Source of the DNA: Mycobacterium tuberculosis H37Rv | Lineage (GTDB): Bacteria; Actinomycetota; Actinomycetes; Mycobacteriales; Mycobacteriaceae | Assembly (NCBI RefSeq): GCF_000195955.2 | Contig: NC_000962.3 | Location: 1,410,001 to 1,442,000, forward strand | Length of the DNA: 32,000 bases | Reading direction: 5' to 3' | Part shown: positions 8,362-16,265 of the stretch, piece by piece | How positions within the stretch are numbered: position 1 is the first letter of the stretch | Layout of the letters: each line of letters opens with the position of its first letter | The notes under the pieces: generated by a model | Databases searched by the model: none | Told to the model about the DNA's origin: nothing | What the model saw: the letters and a program-made list of their open reading frames with translations, nothing else | Made by a program: the position numbers and the translations under genes

Positions 8362-8407
8362 GTCCTTTTCTCGTTCCGCTATGCGGAGTGGATGTTGAGA
8401 AAAGGTT
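8362..8407 (-). promoter_or_regulatory. 5' leader hairpin that pairs the Rv1268c Shine-Dalgarno region with an upstream CCUUUUCUC
   Basis: The minus-strand RNA reads GGAA-CCUUUUCUC-AACAUCCAC-UCCGC-AUA-GCGGA-AC-GAGAAAAGG-ACCGACG-AUG. The 9-bp outer stem pairs 8397-8405 with 8364-8372. An inner 5-bp stem has a triloop. The 3' arm contains the SD sequence (AAGGA). Confidence 0.45.
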
Positions 8408-8578
8408 CCGATGGTGACCTTTTTGTTATCTCTAGGAATTCTTGGAGTGATCTGCAGTGGTCAGCCGAGGTTCACCGGTCGCGGGCAGGCCGATCTGCGC
8501 GGGCGCAGTCGACAGCGTTGCTACCGGGATGCACGGCGGTACCGACGATCGGTCGGCTGCCTAAGCGGGCGTGCGGGA

Positions 8579-8953
8579 TTAGTTGCAGGCCCAGGTGTCG
8601 ATGTAGCCGCCGCCGAGCTTGGTCAGGGCGTCCTTCATGGCGGCGGCCAAGGTGGGTCCAACTCCTCCCTGGTATGCCCTATCGTTGGCGGCGACGGCGC
8701 CGCAGGCGGTGAAACTGGTGAGCACCTTGCAGTCGGAGTAGCCACACGACTTGACGGCGGTGGCTTCGGCAGCCGCCCGGGTTGGGTAGTCCCACGATCG
8801 GCCCCACGAGCCGTTGCCGGAGTAGGCAATTGCGCCATAGACATCGGCGGCATTTGCTGGTGCGGGAGCCAGGGTGACGGTCGTCGCGGCGGCAGTGGCG
8901 ACGCCGGCGACGGCCACCGCGAACCGTCGCCGAAGAGTAATCATCGTCGTCAT
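8579..8953 (-). CDS. Secreted Cys-containing small protein Rv1269c (DUF4189-type, paralog of Rv1813c)
   Basis: 124 aa from the ATG at 8953, with GAAAGGA upstream. The signal peptide ends ...APAPANA. The mature part reads GAIAYSGNGSWGRSW...KSCGYSDCKVLTSFTACGAVA...WACN. The family assignment is from memory. Confidence 0.88.
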   Translation of the reverse strand: MTTMITLRRRFAVAVAGVATAAATTVTLAPAPANAADVYGAIAYSGNGSWGRSWDYPTRAAAEATAVKSCGYSDCKVLTSFTACGAVAANDRAYQGGVGPTLAAAMKDALTKLGGGYIDTWACN

Positions 8954-9013
8954 TGGTGAGTCCTTTCCGAATGCCGGCGGTGCGGCGGTTTCAACAAGCA
9001 ATTAGGACGATGG

Positions 9014-9748
9014 CTAGACCGGTTTGGTGGCGGTGACCTGCTTACCCCAGTCGGACATCGTCAACGTCACCGACGTGTCTTTGGTGGGAGCGATCTGGAT
9101 CTGGACCAAGTGCGAGGATCCATCCGAAGCGATCCAGACGGTGGTGGGCACCGTTTTGACGTCTTCGGAGGTCAGACGTGAGCCGGCCAGCGTCGCGATG
9201 TCGTCAGCAGACGAGTTCCCGGTGATCTTGGTGGTCGCGACACCGTCCGCCTGCTGGCTGCCGGCAACCGACGCGTCCTTGAGGTTAGCCAACAGGTTGG
9301 CCAGGCCCTTGTTGGGGTCGAGGAGCACCGACACGTTGTAGATCGAGGCGCCGTTGCCGAAATCGGTGTAGGTGCCGGGCTGGCCTAGGTCGGAGTACAG
9401 GTGACCGTCAACATAGACGAACTTCGCGTCTTCGCTCTTGTTGCCGACGAGCAATGTCGCGCTACCGGTGGCAACCGTCTGCGGTGTGTTGGAGATATCG
9501 CCTTCGAGCTTGGTCACCCGCAGGTTTGGCACGTCGCCTGTCACCGCAAGTCTGACGTGCATTCCGGTGACCTTGCGCATCGCATCGGTGGCCTGCTTGA
9601 GTAGCATGGCCGCATCGCCGTTGGATGCCGTGGCCGCGGTGTCAGACGCTTTGCCGGCGTCCCCTTCGGTTGAGCAGCCGCCGATCGCCAGGACGACGGC
9701 GAGTATGGCGGTGGCGGCGGCAACAACGGAACAAGGTGGATGCTTCAT
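9014..9748 (-). CDS. lprA: Lipoprotein LprA (LppX/LprAFG lipid-binding family, Rv1270c)
   Basis: 244 aa from the ATG at 9748, with GAGGAGA 6 nt upstream. The lipobox is LAIGGC. The longer ORF-track start at 9787 lacks an SD. Confidence 0.92.
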   Translation of the reverse strand: MKHPPCSVVAAATAILAVVLAIGGCSTEGDAGKASDTAATASNGDAAMLLKQATDAMRKVTGMHVRLAVTGDVPNLRVTKLEGDISNTPQTVATGSATLLVGNKSEDAKFVYVDGHLYSDLGQPGTYTDFGNGASIYNVSVLLDPNKGLANLLANLKDASVAGSQQADGVATTKITGNSSADDIATLAGSRLTSEDVKTVPTTVWIASDGSSHLVQIQIAPTKDTSVTLTMSDWGKQVTATKPV

Positions 9749-9913
9749 CGAAATCTCCTCATGTTGGCCCACAGCTTCGTACTGCATAGCAATCCCGTTG
9801 CGGCAGAGTCAACAGCCGACACCGAGTCCGAGTGAGCGCCGCACGGCACCGCGAGTCGAATCGGCCGAATTGAATGGCGTTTCAAACGCTTTCGTTGTCC
9901 GGCGGCAAAGCGA

Positions 9914-9946
9914 ATGCGGGGATCCCGGTTGACGGGATCCCCGCAT
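9914..9946 (-). terminator. Strong stem-loop after Rv1271c (14-bp perfect stem, 5-nt loop)
   Basis: ATGCGGGGATCCCG (9914-9927), loop GTTGA, then CGGGATCCCCGCAT (9933-9946). It begins 14 nt after the Rv1271c stop. On the minus strand it is followed by UCGCUUUGCC. Confidence 0.6.
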
Positions 9947-9960
9947 CGGGTGGGCAGCGG

Positions 9961-10302
9961 CTAGGTGAGCTGGCTGGCGTATTGCGGGCAGTAGGCCTTG
10001 GTTGCGTCGACGACGAAGTAGGCTGCCTGCTTAGTGGTCAGGTTGGTTTGGCTGAGGACCTCCTCGGCGATCTCGGTGCCGGTTTCGCCGCTGGCCAGCT
10101 TCTTGCAGACCAGCTGGGCTTGCTGGGTGGCCACCTGCGGTGAGGAGAAGGTGACGCCAATGGACTCCATCTGAGCAATGAAGGCTTCGTCTTTGGTGTT
10201 GGCGCCGGCGGTGCCGGCGGTGGCGACGGCAAGTCCGATGGCGGCGGCGCCGACTGCAGTGGTGAACGCTGCGATAATGCGAGGCGATAACGGCGATAAC
10301 AT
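9961..10302 (-). CDS. Secreted DUF732-type protein Rv1271c
   Basis: 113 aa from the ATG at 10302, with GAAGGA 9 nt upstream. It has a signal peptide. The mature part has the DUF732-like pattern DEAFIAQMESIGV...VCKKL...AAYFVVDATKAYCP with two Cys. Confidence 0.88.
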   Translation of the reverse strand: MLSPLSPRIIAAFTTAVGAAAIGLAVATAGTAGANTKDEAFIAQMESIGVTFSSPQVATQQAQLVCKKLASGETGTEIAEEVLSQTNLTTKQAAYFVVDATKAYCPQYASQLT

Positions 10303-10409
10303 GGTCAAGATCCTTCGCGGTCGGGATTTCCCTGGATGACCTCAGCTTGCGGGGGGCGCCTTGGCGGATTCTCAACAACTTCTTGGTAACCTCGTGGGCC
10401 CGCGTCGGG

Positions 10410-12305
10410 CTAGGCCCGCGTCATCTGGTAATAGACCCCGCGCCGGGCCAACAGCTCGGCGTGGTTGCCGCGTTCGACGATCTGGCCGGTCTGGACCACC
10501 AGGATGTGGTCGGCATCGCGAATCGTCGAAAGTCGGTGGGCGATAATGAAACTCGTACGATCCCGGCGAAGCTCGCGCATCGCTCGCTGGATGAGCAGCT
10601 CGGTGCGGGTATCGACCGAGCTGGTCGCCTCGTCCAGGATCAACAGCTGCGGGCGGGCAAGAAAGGCGCGGGCGATGGTAATGAGTTGCTTCTCGCCGAC
10701 GCTGATGCTGCCGCCGTCGCCGCTGACCCGTGTCTGGTAGCCAGCAGGCAGTGTGTTCACAAACCGGTCGACATGGGCCGCCCTGGCGGCTTCTACTATC
10801 TCGTCTGTGGTGGCCTCCGGCCGTCCGTAGGCGATGTTCTCCGCGATGGTCCCGTCGTAGAGCCAGGTGTCTTGCAACACCATGCCGATTCGCGATCGCA
10901 GCGACTGCCGGCTTACCGAGGCGATATCCACCCCGTCGATCAGGATTCGTCCGGAACCGATCTCGTAGAACCGCATTAGCAGGTTCACCAGCGTGGTCTT
11001 GCCGGCTCCCGTCGGTCCGACGATCGCCACCGTGCTACCCGGTTCGGCCACCAGCGACAGGTCGCGGATCACCGGCGTGCCCGGGAGGTAAGCAAAGTTC
11101 ACGTGCTCAAACTCGACCCGTCCGGTTAGGTTCGGCAGCTCCGGCTCAGGCTCCGGCGACTCCTCGGGCTCGTCGAGCACGTCGAACACCCGCTCCGCGC
11201 TGGCCACCCCGGACTGCAGGGCGTTGTACATCCCGGCCAGCTGGCTCAGCGGCATGTTGAACTGGCGGATGTACTGGATGAACGCCTGGATGCTGCCGAG
11301 CGTGATCTGCCCGGTGGCTACCTGCAGGCCACCGGCCACCGCGACCGCGACGTAGCCGAGGTTGCCGATGAACGCCGTCGCCGGCTGCACGAGACCAGAG
11401 AGGAACTGGGCGCCGAAACCGGCCTGGTAGACGTCGTCATTCAACTCGTGGAACCGTTCTCGTGCGGCCGCTTGGTGGCCGAACGTCTTGACTACCGTGA
11501 ACCCGCTGTAGGTCTCTTCGAGATGGGCGTTGAGGCGCCCGGTGCTGGTCCAGTGAGCTACGAATAGGGGCTGTGACCGCCGGGTGATCGCGCGTGTCAC
11601 CAGCAGCGACAGCGGCACCGTCAGCAGTGTGATCAGCGCCAGCAGGCCCGAGATCGACACCATCATGGCCAGCACCGCCACCATGGTCAGAATCGACGTC
11701 ACCAGCTGGCTGATCGTCATTGACAGCGACGACTGGAGGTTGTCGATGTCATTGGTGACCCGGCTCAGCAGCTCACCGCGCTGTTGTCCGTCGAAGTAGG
11801 ACAGCGGCAGCCGGTGCACCTTGTCTTCGACATCGGTCCGCAACCTGACCATCGTTTTCTGCACGGTGAGGTTGAGCAGCCGGGCTTGTGCCCAAATCAT
11901 CAGCGCTGCAGCCAGATACAGCGCCAACGCCAGCGCCAGTGTTCGCTCCACCGCGGCGAAGTCCACACCTTGGCCCGGCACCACGTTCATCCCGGACAGC
12001 AGGTCGGCGAAGGTGTTGTCACCACGGGCCCGAGCCGAAGCGACGGCCTGTGCCTTGGTGATTCCCCCCGGTAGCCCTCGCCCGATCACGCCGTTGAACA
12101 GCAAATCGGTGGCATGGCCGAGGATCCGTGGAACGATGACGCCGATCGTCGTGCCGGCGATTCCCAGTGTGATCACCGCGATGCTCAGCCGGCGTTGTGG
12201 CGCCAGCCGTTTCACCAGTCGGGCTGCCGATCCCCAGAAGTCGCGGGACCGCATGTTCGGGGGCGGGCTTGCGGCACGGGGGCGTGCGCCCGGTGGCGCG
12301 GTCAC
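10410..12305 (-). CDS. ABC exporter half-transporter (TMD-NBD), consensus-NBD subunit (Rv1272c)
   Basis: 631 aa from the GTG at 12305, which overlaps the Rv1273c stop as GTGA. Walker A is GPTGAGKTT, Walker B is LLILDEAT and the H-loop is IIAHRLS. The signature motif is atypical, ISVGEKQ (complement 10686-10706). Confidence 0.9.
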
Positions 12306-14050
12306 CCTACACCCCCGACCGTGGCGCTCAGCGATTGTGAGGCGGCGAATTCGGCATAGGTGGGGCAATCGGCCAGCAGCGTTTCGTGGGTGCCCGTGCC
12401 GACGATCTTACCGTTATCGACAACGATGACCTGGTCGGCCTGAGCGGCATTCGAAATCCGTTGTGTAACAACAATGATGGTTGCATCACCAGATACCTGT
12501 CGCAGCGATGCGTGGACTTTGGCGTCGGTGTGCACGTCAAGTGCGGAGAACGCGTCGTCGAACACATAGATGGCCGGACGTCGGATGACCGCTCGGGCTA
12601 TCGCCAGCCGTTGGCGCTGCCCGCCGGAGAAGTTGACACCACCTTGGGCGACACGCGTCTGCAGCCCGTCTGTTTGTACAAAGCCGTCGGCCGCGGCGAC
12701 CCGCAGCGCCTCCCACATCTCCTGCTCGGTGACTACCTGGTCTGGGCCCCCGCCGTAGCGCAGGTTGTCCGCGACGGTTCCGGAGAAGAGGTAGCTGCGC
12801 TGGGGCACCAGCCCGATCGCTGACCAGAGCCGCTCGGTGTGGTACTCGCGGACGTCGATACCGTCAACCAAGACCGCGCCAGCGGTGACGTCGTAGAGCC
12901 GGCAGATCAACGACACCAGTGTCGACTTGCCCGAACCGGTACTGCCGACGATCGCGGTGGTGGTACCGGGCCGCGCAGTCAACGAAATGTCCTGCAGCAC
13001 CGGGCAGTCGGCGCCAGGATAGGTAAAGGTTGCGCCAGCCAAGCGCACTACGCCCGTGACCCCGTCCGTCGGGAACTTGGGATTGTCGGGGTTACCGAGT
13101 GCGGCGGGCGTGGAAAGCACCTCGGTGATGCGTTCGGCGCAGACCGACGCTCGTGGCAGCACGGCCAGCGTCATGGTCGCCATCAACACCGCCATCAGGA
13201 TCTGGGCGAAGTAGGACAGGAAGGCGATCAGGGAGCCGACCTGCATCTGGCCGCTGTCGATGCGTAGCCCACCGAACCAGATCAGTGCGACGCTGGATGC
13301 GTTGATGGTCAGCGTGGTCACCGGCAGCATCAGTGCTTGCCAGTTGCCGGCGCTCAGTGCGGCATTCGACAGCGCCGTATTGGCCTGCGCGAACTTGTCG
13401 CGTTCATAGCCTTCGCGGGTGAAGGCGCGGACCACTCGCACCCCGGACAGCTGATCGCGCATCACCCGGTTGATGCCGTCGATCAGGCTCTGCATGCGGC
13501 GGAAGAGCGGCAGCATGTGGGAGATGATCCAGTAGTTTGCTACGGCCAGAATCGGAACGCTGACCAGCAGCAGCCATGTCAGCGCGGCCTCCTGGTGGAT
13601 GGCCATGATGATTCCGCCGACGCACATGATCGGTGCGGTGACCAGCACGGTGGCGGTCATCTGGACCAGGAACAGGATCTGCCGGACGTCGTTGGTGCTG
13701 CGGGTCAACAACGTCGGAGCGCCGAATCGGGCGGTCTCGCGTTCCGAGAAGGTGATGATGTGTTCGAACATTGCCGAGCGCAGGTCACGGCCGAAACCCG
13801 CCCCGGTCCGGGAGCCCAGATAGACCGCCCCGATCGCGCACAGCACCTGCAATCCGGTCACCCCAAGCATCACCGCACCCAGCCGTACGATGGTGGCGGT
13901 GTCGCCCTTGGCGACGCCGTCGTCGACGATTGCGGCGTTGACCGTCGGGAGGTATAGCGAAGCCAGGGTGCTGACCAGCTGCAGCATCATCAGCATCGCG
14001 ACCAGCCGGCGGTACGGTCGGATGTGCTGGCGCAGCAGGGCCAGGAGCAT
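12302..14050 (-). CDS. ABC exporter half-transporter (TMD-NBD), degenerate-NBD subunit (Rv1273c)
   Basis: 582 aa from the ATG at 14050. Walker A is GSTGSGKST and the signature is the canonical FSGGQRQR. Walker B is IYVFDDAF, with Asp in place of the catalytic Glu (complement 12554-12556). The H-loop is VVTQRIS, with Gln in place of His. Confidence 0.9.
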
Positions 14051-14196
14051 TGGGTAACTGTCGCACACTGCGCATGCTGCCTACCCGCGCCAGGCATGAG
14101 TCTTAGGCCGAAATGCCTGGTTAACTGGCGTGTCGTGGTTGACCCGCGGGCCTGCGGCTACAGTGCATGCTGTGATCGGCAGTGGGAGAGGTAGCG

Positions 14197-14754
14197 GTGC
14201 GGCGTAAGGTGCGGAGGTTGACTCTGGCGGTGTCGGCGTTGGTGGCTTTGTTCCCGGCGGTCGCGGGGTGCTCCGATTCCGGCGACAACAAACCGGGAGC
14301 GACGATCCCGTCGACACCGGCAAACGCTGAGGGCCGGCACGGACCCTTCTTCCCGCAATGTGGCGGCGTCAGCGATCAGACGGTGACCGAGCTGACAAGG
14401 GTGACCGGGCTGGTCAACACCGCCAAGAATTCGGTGGGCTGCCAATGGCTGGCGGGCGGCGGTATCTTGGGCCCGCACTTCTCCTTCTCCTGGTACCGCG
14501 GCAGCCCGATCGGGCGGGAACGCAAGACCGAGGAGTTGTCGCGCGCGAGTGTCGAGGACATCAACATCGACGGCCACAGCGGTTTCATCGCCATCGGTAA
14601 CGAGCCCAGTTTGGGTGACTCACTGTGTGAAGTCGGAATCCAGTTCTCCGACGACTTCATCGAATGGTCGGTGAGTTTCAGCCAGAAGCCGTTCCCGCTG
14701 CCGTGCGACATCGCCAAAGAACTGACCCGCCAATCGATTGCGAATTCGAAATGA
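14197..14754 (+). CDS. lprB: Lipoprotein LprB (Rv1274)
   Basis: 185 aa from the GTG at 14197, with GGGAGAGG upstream. The lipobox is AVAGC. The mature domain has four Cys. Confidence 0.9.
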   Translation: MRRKVRRLTLAVSALVALFPAVAGCSDSGDNKPGATIPSTPANAEGRHGPFFPQCGGVSDQTVTELTRVTGLVNTAKNSVGCQWLAGGGILGPHFSFSWYRGSPIGRERKTEELSRASVEDINIDGHSGFIAIGNEPSLGDSLCEVGIQFSDDFIEWSVSFSQKPFPLPCDIAKELTRQSIANSK

Positions 14755-15293
14755 GACGTGTCCTGGTCGGTGCGGCCGCCTTGATCACCGCACTGCTTGT
14801 CTTGACCGGCTGCACGAAGTCGATTTCGGGTACCGCCGTCAAGGCGGGTGGGGCCGGTGTCCCGCGCAACAATAACTCCCAGGAGCGCTACCCCAACCTG
14901 CTCAAGGAATGTGAGGTCCTGACCACCGACATCCTGGCCAAGACCGTCGGTGCCGATCCGCTCGACATCCAGAGCACGTTCGTCGGCGCGATCTGCCGGT
15001 GGCAGGCGGCCAACCCGGCCGGTCTGATCGATATCACCCGGTTCTGGTTCGAGCAGGGCAGTCTGAGCAATGAGCGCAAGGTCGCCGAGGGCCTGAAGTA
15101 CCAGGTCGAGACCCGCGCGATCCAGGGCGTGGACTCGATTGTGATGCGGACGGGCGATCCCAACGGCGCCTGCGGCGTCGCCAGCGACGCGGCGGGAGTG
15201 GTCGGCTGGTGGGTCAATCCCCAGGCTCCTGGTATCGACGCCTGCGGGCAGGCGATCAAGCTGATGGAGCTGACGCTGGCAACCAACGCCTAG
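14751..15293 (+). CDS. lprC: Lipoprotein LprC (Rv1275), paralog of LprB
   Basis: 180 aa from the ATG at 14751, which overlaps the lprB stop as ATGA. The lipobox is VLTGC. Its four Cys sit in the same relative order as in LprB. Confidence 0.9.
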   Translation: MRRVLVGAAALITALLVLTGCTKSISGTAVKAGGAGVPRNNNSQERYPNLLKECEVLTTDILAKTVGADPLDIQSTFVGAICRWQAANPAGLIDITRFWFEQGSLSNERKVAEGLKYQVETRAIQGVDSIVMRTGDPNGACGVASDAAGVVGWWVNPQAPGIDACGQAIKLMELTLATNA

Positions 15294-15437
15294 CGCTGGG
15301 CGAGGCGGGAGCGTGGGCGTGAGCGCGCGCAGTTGTACGGCACTAACGGCGTGTCGGGGTACAGACACGCGCGCTCGCGGGTTCGGCTGCCTTCAAAAGG
15401 AAGTACGCGGCTGACGGTTTGCGGAGCAAGAGCACCT

Positions 15438-15944
15438 CTACCGTGGCACGTGAAAGCCGACCAGCGCGGCACACCCCGGTTCGACGTCTGCCCAGTGTCC
15501 GGCGACGCGTAGCACGGCGATCCCCGACGTCGGGAACTTCTCCGAGATGCGTTCCGCGACAGCGGCGTCGGTGCCGCTGATGCTGGCCAGGACGATGGCA
15601 AGGGCCGACGTCGTTGGCTCGTGCCCGACCACAAGCAGTGTGGTGACGTTGTCGCCAACCCGGTTGATCTCCTCGATCACTGTTCCGGGTGCCGCGCCGT
15701 AGAGCCGCTCGGCGTAGCGAGCGGGTGCGTCGATGCCGGTGTGCGCCAAGGTCTGCCGGGCGCGCGTAGCCGTGGAGCACAGCACGGCATCGACGGCCGG
15801 CAGGTTGGCGCGCAGCCAGCCACCGGCCAGCCCGGCCTCCCGGATACCCCGCGGCGCTAGCGGCCGGTCATGGTCGGCGATCCCGTCCGGGTACGCAGAC
15901 TTCGCGTGTCGCATCAGCACCAGGTTGCGGTATTGCTCATTCAC
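15438..15944 (-). CDS. Histidine-phosphatase superfamily (SixA / phosphoglycerate-mutase-like) protein Rv1276c
   Basis: The ORF has the RHAKS catalytic motif (NLVLMRHAKSAYP...DRPLAPRG...LLVVGHEPT). I report the full 168-aa ORF. The 158-aa form I remember from the annotation starts at the ATG at 15914, directly on the RH motif. Confidence 0.85.
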   Translation of the reverse strand: MNEQYRNLVLMRHAKSAYPDGIADHDRPLAPRGIREAGLAGGWLRANLPAVDAVLCSTATRARQTLAHTGIDAPARYAERLYGAAPGTVIEEINRVGDNVTTLLVVGHEPTTSALAIVLASISGTDAAVAERISEKFPTSGIAVLRVAGHWADVEPGCAALVGFHVPR

Positions 15945-16204
15945 TGGGCTGACGTTAGTTCAGTGACGTGCCCGGGATCGCTACGGTTGGTCGTCGTCCT
16001 GGTCCCCGCCGCGCTCCGCTGGCATGGGACAGACTTCGTTGCGATCGCCTAGCTCGAGCCGAGGCGTCAGCCATAGGGCGCTGATAGGTAGGGCGAGCAT
16101 TCTGTGCCCAAAGGATAGGGCTGGCATCGCCCGGGCAAGCACGGGCGGCATGCTGCCCCGCCGGTGAGTCCGCGCCCGGGACCTGCCGGGCGAGGTCCCG
16201 CGCC

Positions 16205-16227
16205 TTGTCGGTGTGCAGACCTACACT
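16205..16227 (+). promoter_or_regulatory. RecA-independent DNA-damage promoter (RecA-NDp / PafBC-type) for Rv1277-Rv1278
   Basis: TTGTCGGTG (16205-16213), then 8 nt (tgcagacc), then TACACT (16222-16227). This fits the consensus tTGTCRgtg-N8-TAnnnT. AGGAGGG (16254-16260) and the ATG at 16266 follow. Confidence 0.7.
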
Positions 16228-16265
16228 CGCTTTGCGTTGACAGCCACGCACTCAGGAGGGATGGG

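Noticed and set aside
14376-15368. 330-aa minus-strand ORF spanning lprB and lprC
   Set aside because: It is antisense to two lipoprotein genes that have lipoboxes and SDs. It has no recognisable motifs. It is a GC-driven open frame.
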